Of a stretch of DNA of 64,000 bases, positions 1 through 10,372 are shown piece by piece. Origin of the DNA: an uncultured Barnesiella sp. (GTDB lineage: Bacteria; Bacteroidota; Bacteroidia; Bacteroidales; Barnesiellaceae_A); NCBI GenBank assembly GCA_944321085.1, contig CALUJY010000008.1:68685-132684 (forward strand), in the 5' to 3' direction. Position 1 is the stretch's first letter. Each line of letters opens with the position of its first letter. Made by a program: the position numbers and the translations under genes. A model generated the notes under the pieces. The model was given only the letters and a program-made list of their open reading frames with translations, was not told the origin of the DNA and did no database searches.

Positions 1-635
1 ATGTCGAGCAGCGAGGCCGCTTTCTTTATTTTTTGTGTTACGGCCTCGTCGTCGCGGCTGGGGCGGCAGTTGCCCGAGGGATGGTTGTGGCATAGGATGA
101 TAGAGGAGGCGAGGTTTTGCAGGGCGGCTTTGAGAACGATTTTTACATCTACCACCGTCGATGACGTGCCGCCTCGGCTTACGATGATGGTGTCTATCAG
201 CCGGCCGGCGCGGTTGAGCAATAAAGCCCAAAACTCCTCGTGCGGCAAGTCTATCAGCTTTTGCCTCATAAGTTTATAAGCCTCGGCACTCGATTGTATG
301 ACAGGGCGTTCGGGGGTCTCCTCTTCCTGCCGGCGCCGGCCCAGTTCCATGGCAGCGATGATGGTGACAGCCTTGGCTTCGCCGATGCCTTTGAAAGAGG
401 CCGTAAGCTCTTTTATGTCATATTTGCCTAAGCGGTTGAGGCTGTTGCCGGCACTATTGAGGATGCGCTGGCACAGTTCTACGGCCGTCTCGTCGGTATT
501 GCCCGAGCCTATAAGGATACCCAGCAGCTCGGCATTGCTCAGTGCGCGGGCGCCGTGTTTCATCATCTTTTCGCGCGGACGGTCATCGGCAGCCAACTGG
601 GTGATGGTAAGTTTTTTCTTGGGCGTATTTTCCAT
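1..635 (-). CDS. radC: RadC-family JAB-domain DNA repair protein (C-terminus cut by window edge)
   Basis: Absent from the ORF track because there is no stop inside the window. The reverse complement from ATG 635-633 reads MENTPKKKLTITQLAADDRPREKMMKHGARALSNAELLGILIGSGN...IILCHNHPSGN (JAB/MPN HxHPSG motif). The frame has no stop down to position 1. Confidence 0.8.
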   Translation of the reverse strand, partial: MENTPKKKLTITQLAADDRPREKMMKHGARALSNAELLGILIGSGNTDETAVELCQRILNSAGNSLNRLGKYDIKELTASFKGIGEAKAVTIIAAMELGRRRQEEETPERPVIQSSAEAYKLMRQKLIDLPHEEFWALLLNRAGRLIDTIIVSRGGTSSTVVDVKIVLKAALQNLASSIILCHNHPSGNCRPSRDDEAVTQKIKKAASLLD

Positions 636-647
636 GAGCGGAAAGGC

Positions 648-1619
648 TTAGTAACGGCTCTTGAACTCCTTGCGAAGGATATACTGGGCAAAGAAACTTT
701 TGAGGAACCCCGTGCCGTAACCTATCAGTTGTATGAGGCTGGCCACGATAGAGAGTGCCGCTATAACGGGCGACTTATTGATAACCCACGATACCACGAA
801 TATGGCGGCAAGGTAAATAACCAGCGGGGCAATACTCCAAGGCGTGATAAACATGCCGGCCAACATGAGAACGACCGCTATCACGAAGAGCGCGGGCAGG
901 GTGTAGACGAGCTTGCGTTGCTCGGGGTAGAGGCGCATGAGGTCGACCCGTGCTTGCCCGAAAACATGGACTTGTCGCCAAAACTTGCGGAAGTCGACGC
1001 GGCGTTTGTGGTAGACAAAGGCATCGGGAATGAGGCGCGACTCGAAACCGGCCTTGCGGATGCGCATGCTCAGGTCTATATCTTCGCCCGTCATGTTTTT
1101 GTATCCTCCTACTTTTTCGTAGACCTGTCGCGAGAAACCCATGTTGAAAGAGCGGGGCGTAAACTTGTCGAGCTTTTGTCCGCCGCCGCGTATTCCGCCG
1201 GTGGTAAGGAACGAAGTCATAGAGTAGTTGATGGCTTTCTGTACCTGCGAGAAGCTGTCGTGCGCTGCATCGGGACCTCCGTAGCAGTCGCTGTATTGCC
1301 GGTCGAGTTGCTCTTTGACTGTGGCGAAGTACGATGGCGGGATGATGCAGTCCGAGTCGAAGAATACGAAGTATCGGCCGTCGGCACGCTCCATGCCGTA
1401 GTTGCGGGCGATGCTGCGTCCTTCGTTGGGCTTATAATAATAGTGTATTTCCAGTTTATCGTTATACCGGGCGACAACTTGGTCGCATGGGATGGTCGAG
1501 CCGTCTTCGACAAGCACGATGTCAAAATCTTTACAAGTCTGTGCGGTGAGGCTTTCGAGCAACTCTTCTATTTCGTCGGGACGGTTATAGACGGGAATGA
1601 TGATTGAAAAAAACGGCAT
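648..1619 (-). CDS. family-2 glycosyltransferase with C-terminal membrane helices
   Basis: Track ORF 648..1736. GT2 signature FSIIIPVYNRPDEIEELLESL..DFDIVLVEDGS..FFDSDC, with hydrophobic C-terminal segments. Start moved to ATG 1619 (MPFFSIIIP); 1736 remains possible. It lies 12 nt upstream of radC on the same strand. Confidence 0.75.
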   Translation of the reverse strand: MPFFSIIIPVYNRPDEIEELLESLTAQTCKDFDIVLVEDGSTIPCDQVVARYNDKLEIHYYYKPNEGRSIARNYGMERADGRYFVFFDSDCIIPPSYFATVKEQLDRQYSDCYGGPDAAHDSFSQVQKAINYSMTSFLTTGGIRGGGQKLDKFTPRSFNMGFSRQVYEKVGGYKNMTGEDIDLSMRIRKAGFESRLIPDAFVYHKRRVDFRKFWRQVHVFGQARVDLMRLYPEQRKLVYTLPALFVIAVVLMLAGMFITPWSIAPLVIYLAAIFVVSWVINKSPVIAALSIVASLIQLIGYGTGFLKSFFAQYILRKEFKSRY

Positions 1620-1799
1620 ATCTGTTTTGGCTTTGTCATTGTCGGGTTCGGTGGCAGCACCATGAGGAGTGCATGAGATGTCGGGAACAGCCTGATATAC
1701 GCGTGCATGTCGTAGATAGACGGTTTGCACCGGCAAATGTGTTTATATCAGGCGTTGCACCGCATACGACCCATTGTGTCGTACCGCCGAATTACTCTA

Positions 1800-1807
1800 C
1801 AAAGATA
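1800..1807 (-). promoter_or_regulatory. candidate Bacteroides-type -7 box (TATCTTTG) for the GT2-radC operon
   Basis: Plus-strand caaagata equals TATCTTTG on the minus strand. It is 63 nt upstream of ATG 1736 and 180 nt upstream of ATG 1619. Confidence 0.3.
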
Positions 1808-1913
1808 GCCTAAAAGTGTGCAAAAAGCAAAATCGGCTTTAACATTTTACATTCTCTTTTCTTCTCCTGCAAATAAAAAACTTCTGCCTGTTGTTTATCC
1901 TTTATTATCTTGT

Positions 1914-1921
1914 TATATTTG
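1914..1921 (+). promoter_or_regulatory. candidate -7 box TATATTTG for the PspC-domain gene
   Basis: Matches TAnnTTTG, 47 nt upstream of ATG 1969. Confidence 0.4.
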
Positions 1922-1968
1922 CGTTGTGTAGTCTCCGGAACAATCGGGGCGTAAAATGGTATATTATT

Positions 1969-2169
1969 ATGGACGAAATAAAAAGATTGGTACGACCCCG
2001 TTCCGGTCGCATGATTGCGGGAGTGTGCAAGGGTCTTGCCGATTATTTTGGCGTAGATGTTACTTTGATACGCGTGATATACGCATTGGTTGCTTGTTGC
2101 TCGGCCTTTTTCGGGGCAGCCGTAGCGTATCTTATCATGGTGATATTGATACCCCAAGAGGAGTTGTAA
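1969..2169 (+). CDS. PspC-domain membrane protein
   Basis: Internal start of track ORF 1891..2169. Reads MDEIKRLVRPRSGRMIAGVCKGLADYFGVDVTLIRVIYAL followed by one TM helix, which is the typical PspC domain. Confidence 0.7.
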   Translation: MDEIKRLVRPRSGRMIAGVCKGLADYFGVDVTLIRVIYALVACCSAFFGAAVAYLIMVILIPQEEL

Positions 2170-2201
2170 GTTTATGTCGCATCGCTGTATTGTAACAAAG
2201 T

Positions 2202-4235
2202 ATGGAGTTTAAGCTGGTATCGCCATACAAGCCCACCGGCGATCAGCCCGAAGCCATCGATGAGCTTAGCAAAGGCATCGTCGAGGGGCTTCCTGCGCAG
2301 ACACTGTTGGGCGTTACCGGTTCGGGCAAGACTTTTACGATGGCCAATGTGATAGAGCGCGTGCAGAAGCCTACGCTCGTGTTGAGCCACAACAAGACGC
2401 TTGCCGCGCAGCTATATGGCGAGTTCAAGAGCTTTTTCCCCGACAATGCAGTAGAATATTTTGTCTCTTATTACGACTATTATCAACCCGAAGCATACAT
2501 TCCTACAACCGATACTTATATAGAAAAAGACCTTGCCATCAACGACGAGATTGACCGTCTGCGGCTTGCCGCCACCTCGGCATTGTTGTCGGGACGGAAA
2601 GATGTGGTGGTCGTGTCGTCGGTATCGTGTCTCTACGGTATAGGCAATCCGCAGGATTTCCATGCCAATGTTATAGAGGTGAAGCGGGGCATGAGGTGCG
2701 ACCGCAACGACTTCCTTCGTAAGCTCGTCGATGCCCTTTATTCGCGCAACGAGGTAGAGATGAAGCGAGGCACGTTCAGGGTCAAGGGCGATACCGTGGA
2801 TATATTCCTTGCCTATGACGAGACGTTGCTCCGTGTCGTCTTTTGGGATGATGAGATAGAGAGCATCTCTACGGTTGACCCTTTGTCGGGCGTGAGCATT
2901 ACTCCATTCGACGAATACAAGATATACCCGGCCAATATCTTTGTGACTACAAAAGAGTGCATCAACCGGGCGATAGATCAGATACAACTCGACCTCGGCA
3001 GGCAAGTTGACTTTTTCCGTTCCATAGGCAAAGAACTCGAAGCCAAACGGCTCTATGAACGTGTAACTTACGATGTGGAGATGATACGTGAGTTGGGCTA
3101 CTGTTCGGGTATCGAGAACTATTCGCGTTACTTCGACGGGAGAGCTCCCGGTACGCGACCGTTCTGTCTGCTCGACTATTTCCCCGAAGACTTCATGGTG
3201 ATTATCGACGAGAGTCACGTCACCATACCGCAGATACGCGCCATGTATGGAGGCGACAGCTCGCGTAAGACCAATTTGGTGGAGTATGGTTTCCGTTTGC
3301 CGGCAGCCATAGATAATCGCCCCTTGAAGTTCGAGGAGTTTGAAGAGCTTGCCAAACAGGTCATTTACGTGAGCGCCACGCCTGCCGATTATGAGCTGAA
3401 CCGCTGCGAAGGTATTGTGGTAGAGCAGGTGATACGACCCACCGGCTTGCTCGATCCGCTTATAGAGGTGCGCCCCAGCCTCAACCAGATAGACGATTTG
3501 TTGGAAGAGATACACTTGCGTATAGAGCGCGGCGAGCGCGTATTGGTAACCACGCTGACGAAGCGCATGGCCGAAGAGCTTAACGCCTATCTGCTGAAAC
3601 TCGATATACATTGCAATTATATACACTCCGATGTAGATACCCTCGACCGCATACAGATACTCGAAGATTTACGCGCCGGAGTTTACGACGTGTTGATAGG
3701 TGTCAACTTGTTGCGCGAGGGATTGGATTTGCCCGAAGTATCGCTTGTGGCCATTCTCGATGCCGACAAAGAGGGCTTCTTGCGTTCGCATCGCTCCCTT
3801 ACACAGACGGTGGGACGTGCTGCGCGTAACCTCAACGGCATGGTCATCATGTATGCCGACAAGATAACCGACAGCATGCGCCTTACCATCGACGAGACCA
3901 ATCGCCGGCGAGAGAAACAATTGGCTTACAACGAAAAGCACCATATCACGCCGCAAGCCATCAACAAGGCCAAGCGTGCCATACTCGGTAGGGGCGGTCA
4001 GGAGGCCAAGCCCATACCTTATGCACAAGAATATAGTGTCGCCGCCAATGTCGCTGCCGACCCCGTGGTGGCCTATATGACACCGCAGCAGTTAGAGAAA
4101 GCTATAGATCGTACCCGCAAGGAGATGCTCGAAGCCGCGTGCAAGATGGATTTCATAGAAGCGGCGCGCTTGCGTGACGAAATGCTCAAACTCGATGACA
4201 AACTTAAACTATTGACTGCCGATACAAATCATTAA
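2202..4235 (+). CDS. uvrB: excinuclease ABC subunit B
   Basis: 677 aa. YKPTGDQPEAI, Walker A GVTGSGKTFT, helicase motifs, and a C-terminal UVR domain (AARLRDEM). Confidence 0.97.
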   Translation: MEFKLVSPYKPTGDQPEAIDELSKGIVEGLPAQTLLGVTGSGKTFTMANVIERVQKPTLVLSHNKTLAAQLYGEFKSFFPDNAVEYFVSYYDYYQPEAYIPTTDTYIEKDLAINDEIDRLRLAATSALLSGRKDVVVVSSVSCLYGIGNPQDFHANVIEVKRGMRCDRNDFLRKLVDALYSRNEVEMKRGTFRVKGDTVDIFLAYDETLLRVVFWDDEIESISTVDPLSGVSITPFDEYKIYPANIFVTTKECINRAIDQIQLDLGRQVDFFRSIGKELEAKRLYERVTYDVEMIRELGYCSGIENYSRYFDGRAPGTRPFCLLDYFPEDFMVIIDESHVTIPQIRAMYGGDSSRKTNLVEYGFRLPAAIDNRPLKFEEFEELAKQVIYVSATPADYELNRCEGIVVEQVIRPTGLLDPLIEVRPSLNQIDDLLEEIHLRIERGERVLVTTLTKRMAEELNAYLLKLDIHCNYIHSDVDTLDRIQILEDLRAGVYDVLIGVNLLREGLDLPEVSLVAILDADKEGFLRSHRSLTQTVGRAARNLNGMVIMYADKITDSMRLTIDETNRRREKQLAYNEKHHITPQAINKAKRAILGRGGQEAKPIPYAQEYSVAANVAADPVVAYMTPQQLEKAIDRTRKEMLEAACKMDFIEAARLRDEMLKLDDKLKLLTADTNH

Positions 4236-4252
4236 TCCTATAATCTTAATGA

Positions 4253-5929
4253 ATGCTTATGAAAACAGACACGCAAATTGCTCGCGAAACCAAGTTGGAA
4301 AAAATTCGTGATGTCGCTGCCCGGGTAGGATTTCCCGAGGACGATGTGTATAACTATGGTCGCTATATCGCCAAAGTATCGAACCGTCTGATAGACGACG
4401 AGAAAGTTGCAAAACACAAACTTATCCTTGTCACTGCCATAACAGCCACCAAAGCCGGTGTGGGTAAAACCACGGTGAGCATAGGTTTGGGTATGGGTTT
4501 GAACTATATAGGCAAGAAAGCCGTCATCGCCTTGCGCGAACCTTCGCTCGGCCCTTGCTTCGGAATGAAAGGTGGAGCTACCGGCGGCGGATATGCGCAG
4601 GTATTGCCCTCGGAAGATATCAATCTGCATTTTACGGGCGACTTCCACGCCGTAACATCGGCAAACAACCTGATAGCTGCTTTGCTCGATAACTATCTGT
4701 ATCAGAACCGTGCTGCCGGCGTAGGGCTGAAAAAGGTCATGTGGCGCAGGGTGCTCGACGTCAACGACCGCTCGTTGCGTAATATCATTACCGGATTGGG
4801 TGGCGCCGGCAACGGCATTCCTACCCAGACAGGTTTCGACATAACGCCTGCATCGGAGATTATGGCTATACTCTGTTTGGCTCGCGATATGAAAGACCTT
4901 GAAAAACGCATCGGTCGCATTGTTTTGGGCATACGTTACGACGATACTCCCTTTACCGTCGACGATTTGGGCGTTAGAGGGGCTGTCGCTGCGTTGCTCA
5001 AAGATGCCATGAATCCCAATCTCGTACAGACCACCGAGCACAATCCCGTAATTATTCATGGGGGTCCGTTTGCCAATATCGCACACGGGTGCAACTCGGT
5101 CATCGCTACACGCATGGCTATGACATGGGGCGACTACACGGTGACGGAGGCCGGCTTCGGTGCCGACCTCGGTGCAGAGAAATTCCTGAATATAAAGTGC
5201 CGTCAAACAGGGCTTAAACCCGACCTTACCGTTCTTGTCGCCACGACTCTCGCGCTGAAAATGCACGGCGGCGTACCCGAAGCCGACATCAAGAAACCCA
5301 ATATCGAGGGCTTGAAACGGGGCTTTGCCAACCTCGACCGCCATATCGCCAACTTGCAGTCGTTCGGGCAAACGGTATTGGTATGTTTCAATCGTTGGGC
5401 TTCCGATACCGACGAAGAGATGGAGCTTATCATGCGTCATTGTGCCGAAAAGGGCGTACGTTGCGTTATCAACAACGCATATATGGAGGGTGGCAAAGGT
5501 GCTGCCGAGCTGGCTCGCACGGCTGTCGAGTTGATAGAGACACAGCCTTCGGCACCCATCCGTTTCACCTACAACGACGACGAGACGCCGCAAGAAAAGA
5601 TAACCAAGGTAGCACGCAATATCTATGGTGCAGGAACGGTTACTTTCAGCGACAAAGCGTTGAAAGAGCTGGCACAGTTGCAAAAGTGGGGCTTGGGACA
5701 ATTACCGGTATGTATTGCCAAGACGCAATACTCTTTCTCGGCCGACCCCAAACGTTACGGCAGCGAGACGGGCTTCGAGTTCCATATCAAAGATATAGAG
5801 CTGAATGCCGGCGGCGGCTTCATCGTAGCATTGGCCGGCGAGATAATGCGTATGCCCGGATTGGGTAAAGTGCCCCAAGCCATGTTTATCCATATAGCCG
5901 ACGATGGTAATATAGAGGGTATCTGTTAA
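4253..5929 (+). CDS. fhs: formate--tetrahydrofolate ligase
   Basis: 558 aa. TDTQIARE...[12 protein letters not shown]...[12 protein letters not shown]...[11 protein letters not shown], all hallmark FTHFS motifs. A second ATG at 4259 is also possible. Confidence 0.95.
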   Translation: MLMKTDTQIARETKLEKIRDVAARVGFPEDDVYNYGRYIAKVSNRLIDDEKVAKHKLILVTAITATKAGVGKTTVSIGLGMGLNYIGKKAVIALREPSLGPCFGMKGGATGGGYAQVLPSEDINLHFTGDFHAVTSANNLIAALLDNYLYQNRAAGVGLKKVMWRRVLDVNDRSLRNIITGLGGAGNGIPTQTGFDITPASEIMAILCLARDMKDLEKRIGRIVLGIRYDDTPFTVDDLGVRGAVAALLKDAMNPNLVQTTEHNPVIIHGGPFANIAHGCNSVIATRMAMTWGDYTVTEAGFGADLGAEKFLNIKCRQTGLKPDLTVLVATTLALKMHGGVPEADIKKPNIEGLKRGFANLDRHIANLQSFGQTVLVCFNRWASDTDEEMELIMRHCAEKGVRCVINNAYMEGGKGAAELARTAVELIETQPSAPIRFTYNDDETPQEKITKVARNIYGAGTVTFSDKALKELAQLQKWGLGQLPVCIAKTQYSFSADPKRYGSETGFEFHIKDIELNAGGGFIVALAGEIMRMPGLGKVPQAMFIHIADDGNIEGIC

Positions 5930-5975
5930 AAAGTGAATGGATGCCGCCGCTCTCCGAGAGGCTGTCCTAAGGTAT

Positions 5976-6003
5976 GGAAACCCTGCATATCGGCAGGGTT
6001 TCC
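5976..6003 (+). terminator. stem-loop downstream of fhs (possible terminator, no U-tract)
   Basis: ggaaaccctgc-atatcg-gcagggtttcc, an 11-bp perfect stem extendable by ctaag/cttag. No T-run follows. Confidence 0.35.
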
Positions 6004-6076
6004 CTTAGTATGGCGCCAGACAGAGTCGTACGGCGATATTTTTCACTCTATGTGATATGGGTATAGATATTTTGGT

Positions 6077-6084
6077 TATCTTTA
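6077..6084 (+). promoter_or_regulatory. imperfect -7 box TATCTTTA
   Basis: One mismatch to TAnnTTTG, 25 nt upstream of ATG 6110. Confidence 0.25.
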
Positions 6085-6109
6085 CGCACTGTTAAATAGG
6101 AATAAAGTT

Positions 6110-6658
6110 ATGATTTATAAATTTCTTATTGTATCGGAAGAAGTCGATGACTTCAAACGTGTGATAAAAATCGATGCCGAAGCTACTTTCAAAGAGTTGA
6201 ACGATGCTATTCTCGACTCGGTAGGTTATAACCATAAAGAGATGACTTCGTTTTTCATTTGCGATGACGATTGGGAGAAGCGCGTCGAAGTGACACTGAT
6301 AGATATGGGGCGCGACAGCTCGGAAGATAGTTGGTTGATGGATACTACACACCTCAATGAGCTGATTGAGGATGAGGGGCAACGCCTGATGTTTGTATTC
6401 GATTATATGACCGACCGCGCTTTCTACATGGAGTTGCGCGAAACCATTCCCGGTGAAGACCTCGATAAACCCGTTTGTACCAAGTCGGTAGGCGAACCTC
6501 CCGTCCAAGTGATGGATTTGGATGAGATGGAAAAGAAAATAGCCGCACAAAGCTCCGATACCGACCTCGATGCCGATTTCTATGGCTCGGACGACTATGA
6601 CATATCGGAACTCGACGACGACAGCTTTACCGGCTATGACCCTCGTGATGAATATTAA
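6110..6658 (+). CDS. small acidic protein, pRiA4b-ORF3 / IS1096-passenger-TnpR-like N-domain (recognised from memory)
   Basis: MIYKFLIVSEEVDDFKRVIKIDAEATFKELNDAILDSVGYNHKEMTSFFICDDDWEKRVEVTLIDMG resembles the Bacteroidetes F-R-V-I-L...F-Y-x-S-D-x-W pattern of that family. The C-terminal half is strongly acidic. Confidence 0.45.
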   Translation: MIYKFLIVSEEVDDFKRVIKIDAEATFKELNDAILDSVGYNHKEMTSFFICDDDWEKRVEVTLIDMGRDSSEDSWLMDTTHLNELIEDEGQRLMFVFDYMTDRAFYMELRETIPGEDLDKPVCTKSVGEPPVQVMDLDEMEKKIAAQSSDTDLDADFYGSDDYDISELDDDSFTGYDPRDEY

Positions 6659-6685
6659 TTTTTGCCACACATATAACGACGTTTT

Positions 6686-8782
6686 ATGAATAAAAATTGG
6701 ACTATTATGGGTTTGGCAAGCGCAGTGATGCTGACGGCTTGCAATACGCAAGAAGCTGCCGATGAGGGCGTTATCGGCAAGCAGGAAATTACGGTCGAGA
6801 ACGGGATTATGACTCCCGAAGTGATGATGGCTTTCGGCCGTGTTTCGTCGCCGGCTGTTTCGCCCGATGGCACGAAGGTGCTCTTTGGCGTGACCTATAT
6901 CGACTATAAAGCCGACAAGAGCAACAACGACCTCTTTGCGGTATCGCTCGACGGTACTCGTACGCAGGTTACCGCTACACCCAAGAGCGAGCAAGGTGCG
7001 GTGTGGCTCGATGACAATACTATTGCCTTTATCTATCCCGACGCCGATAATGTGCCGCAGCTGTGGAAGAGTGCTGCCGATGGTACATCTCGTGTACAAC
7101 TTACCTCGATGGAGAAGGGCATAGAAGGTTTCCTTTTTGCACCCGACGGCAAGCAGGTATTGCTCGTTTCGACGGTGAAATCGGGCGAGCGGGCATCCGA
7201 CCTCTATCCCGACCTTCCCAAGGCTTCCGGCCGTGTCATAGACGACCTCATGTATAAACATTGGGACGAATGGGTCGAGGCAATTCCTCATCCCTTCATC
7301 GCCACAGTCGGCGAGAATGGCGTGAGCGACATCAAAGATATACTCGAAGGTGAGCCTTACGAGTCGCCGATGCGTCCGTTTGGCGGAATCGAGTCGTTTG
7401 CATGGGCTCCCGATGGCAAGTCGTTGGTGTATGTATGTCGCAAGAAAACAGGCATGGAGTATTCGCTCTCTACCAATAGCGACCTCTATTTGTATAATAT
7501 CGCCGACGGTTCTACGCGCAATCTTACCGAGGGTATGATGGGCTACGATACCAATCCTGTATTCTCGCCCGATGGCAAATATCTTGCATGGACGAGTATG
7601 GAACGCGACGGCTATGAGAGCGATAAGAATAGGCTCTTTGTACTCGATATGGCTACCGGTGTCAAAGACTATCTCACGGCCGATTTCGATTATATTGTCA
7701 ATAATTTTGCGTGGGCTCTCGATGGTAATTCTATATATTTCACCGCTCCTTACCAAGGCGAGGTGCATATCTTCAATGTCGCTCTGCAAGGCCATGCCGT
7801 TACGCAAATTACCGATGGCTACTACGACTATTCTACCGTAGCCCCCGTGCCCGGCAACAAGCTGGTGACGATGCGTCACTCTCTCTCGCAGCCCGACGAG
7901 GTTTGCCTTGTAGATGTAGTGTCGCACGAAGTGACCGACCTCTCGCGTGAGAACGAGGTATTGTTGGCACAAATAGAGATGGGTCGCGTCGAGGAGCGAT
8001 GGATTCCTACCACCGATGGCAAGAAAATGCTGACGTGGGTAGTATATCCGCCTCACTTCGATGCCTCTAAAAAATATCCTGCCTTGCTCTATTGTCAAGG
8101 AGGCCCGCAAAGCCCCGTAAGCCAATTCTGGTCTTATCGCTGGAATCTGCAACTTATGGCTTCGCAAGGTTATATCGTTGTTGCGCCCAACCGTCGCGGG
8201 TTGCCCGGTTTCGGTCAGGAGTGGCTCGAACAAATCAGCGGCGACTATGGCGGCCAAAATATGCTCGACTATTTTGCTGCTGCCGATGCTTTGAAGAAAG
8301 AGCCCTATGTAGGCAAGATGGGTGCCATAGGCGCCAGCTACGGCGGTTTCTCGGTATATTGGCTGGCCGGTCATCACAACCACCGTTTCGATGCCTTTGT
8401 AGCCCATGCCGGTATCTTCAACATCGAGCAACAATATATGGAGACCGAGGAGATGTGGTTCGCCAATTGGGATATGGGCGGCGCACCGTGGGATAAAACG
8501 AATGCTACGGCACAACGTACTTTCGCCAACTCACCTCATCGTTTTGTCGATAAGTGGGATACTCCCATCCTCTGCATACATGGCGAGAAAGACTATCGCA
8601 TACTTGCATCGCAAGGCATGAGTGCTTTCAACGCAGCCAAATTGCGTGGCGTACCCGCCGAGCTGCTTATCTATCCCGATGAAAATCACTGGGTATTGAA
8701 GCCTCAAAACGGATTGTTGTGGCATCGCACCTTCTTCCGTTGGCTTGACCGTTGGTTGAAAGACAATAACGAGACAAAATAG
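6686..8782 (+). CDS. S9-family serine peptidase (prolyl oligopeptidase / acylaminoacyl-peptidase type), lipoprotein
   Basis: 698 aa. Lipoprotein signal MGLASAVMLTAC, a beta-propeller-like N-half (repeated SPDG motifs), a catalytic GASYGGF serine motif, and a C-terminal D/H region (HGEKDYRI..ENHW). Confidence 0.85.
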   Translation: MNKNWTIMGLASAVMLTACNTQEAADEGVIGKQEITVENGIMTPEVMMAFGRVSSPAVSPDGTKVLFGVTYIDYKADKSNNDLFAVSLDGTRTQVTATPKSEQGAVWLDDNTIAFIYPDADNVPQLWKSAADGTSRVQLTSMEKGIEGFLFAPDGKQVLLVSTVKSGERASDLYPDLPKASGRVIDDLMYKHWDEWVEAIPHPFIATVGENGVSDIKDILEGEPYESPMRPFGGIESFAWAPDGKSLVYVCRKKTGMEYSLSTNSDLYLYNIADGSTRNLTEGMMGYDTNPVFSPDGKYLAWTSMERDGYESDKNRLFVLDMATGVKDYLTADFDYIVNNFAWALDGNSIYFTAPYQGEVHIFNVALQGHAVTQITDGYYDYSTVAPVPGNKLVTMRHSLSQPDEVCLVDVVSHEVTDLSRENEVLLAQIEMGRVEERWIPTTDGKKMLTWVVYPPHFDASKKYPALLYCQGGPQSPVSQFWSYRWNLQLMASQGYIVVAPNRRGLPGFGQEWLEQISGDYGGQNMLDYFAAADALKKEPYVGKMGAIGASYGGFSVYWLAGHHNHRFDAFVAHAGIFNIEQQYMETEEMWFANWDMGGAPWDKTNATAQRTFANSPHRFVDKWDTPILCIHGEKDYRILASQGMSAFNAAKLRGVPAELLIYPDENHWVLKPQNGLLWHRTFFRWLDRWLKDNNETK

Positions 8783-8802
8783 ATTTTCTCTTATAGAAAT
8801 GT

Positions 8803-8840
8803 GAGGCGGCAGGCTGTGTAGGTCATACCGCCTCTTTTTT
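8803..8840 (+). terminator. rho-independent terminator after the peptidase gene
   Basis: gaggcgg-N18-ccgcctc followed by tttttt. Confidence 0.7.
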
Positions 8841-8951
8841 ATGTCTGCCTGTATAGCGGCGCGGTAATTTCTTCTTTTATAATAGAGAGACTATTTATCT
8901 GATTTTGTAGGTAACAGCCCTTTGCCGGTATGTGGTTACCTGTTTATTCCT

Positions 8952-8959
8952 TACCTTTG
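8952..8959 (+). promoter_or_regulatory. -7 box TACCTTTG for the MATE transporter
   Basis: Matches TAnnTTTG, 20 nt upstream of ATG 8980. It lies inside the track's N-terminal extension (8932). Confidence 0.45.
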
Positions 8960-8979
8960 CAAGCGCATTCGACAGAAGT

Positions 8980-10341
8980 ATGAAAGAATTTATAGCAAAT
9001 TATATGCCGCGCTACCGGAGGTTGCTCCTTTTGGGCGTGCCTATTATCCTCGGACAATTAGGCGTTATAATCATGGGATTTGCCGATACGCTCATGATAG
9101 GCCATCACAGCACCGATGAGCTGGCAGCATCGGCCTTTGTCAATACGATATTCAATTTGGTGCTTATTTTCAGTGCCGGTTTTGCTTCGGGCATTACGCC
9201 TGTGGTGGGCGCGCTTTTTGGTCGGGGCGACAATCGGGGTGTCGGTGCGGTATTGCGTGATAGTTTGGCCGCCAATGTTTCGGTAGCCTTACTGGCCATG
9301 CTGGTCATGTTGGCTATATATCCCCTCCTTCCTTATATGGGGCAACCTGCCGAGCTGTTGCCTTATGCCCGTCCCTACTATTTGGTGCAGGTGGCATCGC
9401 TTCCCTTTATTTTGTTGTTCTATGGTTACAAGCAGTTTACCGACGGAATAACCGATACACGTATTGGAATGTGGATTCTTTTGGGCAGTAACGTCCTCAA
9501 TATTATATGCAATTATATTCTGATATATGGTAAGTGCGGTATGCCCGAGTTGGGTCTAACGGGAGCCGGTATCAGTACGCTTTTCTCGCGGGTTGCCATG
9601 TGCGCGGTGTTTGCCTTTATCTTTCATCGCACCGGTCGTTATAAGTCGTTCCGCGAGGGCTTCTCAGCCTCGCGGGTATCGCGTACAGGAATGGGCAAGC
9701 TCTATTCGTTGGGTTTGCCGTTGGGGATACAGACGGCTCTCGAAAGCTCGGCATGGTCGCTCAGCGCTATCATGATAGGTTGGCTCGGCGCCATACCTCT
9801 TGCTGCTTATCAAATAACCGTTACGCTGGGCAATATAGGTTATATGGCATATCTTGGAATGGGCTCGGCGGTGGCGGTCGAGGTGAGCCGTTATACCGGT
9901 GCTTCGCAGTTTGGCGAGGTGCGGGCGGCAGTGACAGCGGGGGCGCATCTGCTTTTTGCGCAGGCCTTCCTTACAGGAGTGTTGCTCTTCTTGTTACGCA
10001 ACTTTATCCCTTCGTGGTTTACCGATGATGCCGAGGTGATCGCTGTCGTACAGACCCTCGTTATACCGCTTATTATCTATCAATTTGCCGATGCCATACA
10101 GATAAACTATTCCAATGCCTTGCGCGGTCTTGCCGATGTGCGTGCACTTATGTATATCAGCTTGGCGGCCTTTTACTGTTTGGCCTTACCGGTAGCCTAC
10201 CTTTGCGGTTTTACGTTGAATATGGGCGTAGTTGGTGTGTGGATGGGCTTCCCCGTAGGACTGTTTACGGTGGCGATACTCTTCCGTTGGCGTTTCGGGG
10301 TGTGTTTGCGTCGCATCGAGCGCGAGAATACCATTATTTAG
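8980..10341 (+). CDS. MATE-family efflux transporter
   Basis: About 453 aa and 12 predicted TM segments. The N-terminus MKEFIANYMPRYRRLLLLGVPIILGQLGVIIMGFADTLMIG is typical of NorM/DinF-like MATE proteins. Confidence 0.85.
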   Translation: MKEFIANYMPRYRRLLLLGVPIILGQLGVIIMGFADTLMIGHHSTDELAASAFVNTIFNLVLIFSAGFASGITPVVGALFGRGDNRGVGAVLRDSLAANVSVALLAMLVMLAIYPLLPYMGQPAELLPYARPYYLVQVASLPFILLFYGYKQFTDGITDTRIGMWILLGSNVLNIICNYILIYGKCGMPELGLTGAGISTLFSRVAMCAVFAFIFHRTGRYKSFREGFSASRVSRTGMGKLYSLGLPLGIQTALESSAWSLSAIMIGWLGAIPLAAYQITVTLGNIGYMAYLGMGSAVAVEVSRYTGASQFGEVRAAVTAGAHLLFAQAFLTGVLLFLLRNFIPSWFTDDAEVIAVVQTLVIPLIIYQFADAIQINYSNALRGLADVRALMYISLAAFYCLALPVAYLCGFTLNMGVVGVWMGFPVGLFTVAILFRWRFGVCLRRIERENTII

Positions 10342-10372
10342 GAGAATTTTCTCGCAATATATTCTTAGAATA

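Noticed and set aside
555-5701. Other long antisense ORFs: 555..1607 (+) opposite the GT2 gene, 2412..3626 (-) opposite uvrB, and 4238..5701 (-) opposite fhs.
   Set aside because: Each is a shadow of an unambiguous housekeeping gene on the other strand, and none has recognisable domains. The same reasoning applies to 23006..23959, 40247..41161, 41574..42512, 46077..47132 and 52813..53607.
6092-8515. An 807-aa ORF on the minus strand spanning the small acidic gene and most of the S9 peptidase gene.
   Set aside because: It is antisense to two ORFs with clear family signatures (GASYGGF peptidase, lipoprotein signal). Its translation is rich in Arg/Ile/His/Gly with no motif, signal or promoter box. 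Long stop-free antisense frames recur throughout this window and are best explained by codon bias on the sense strand.
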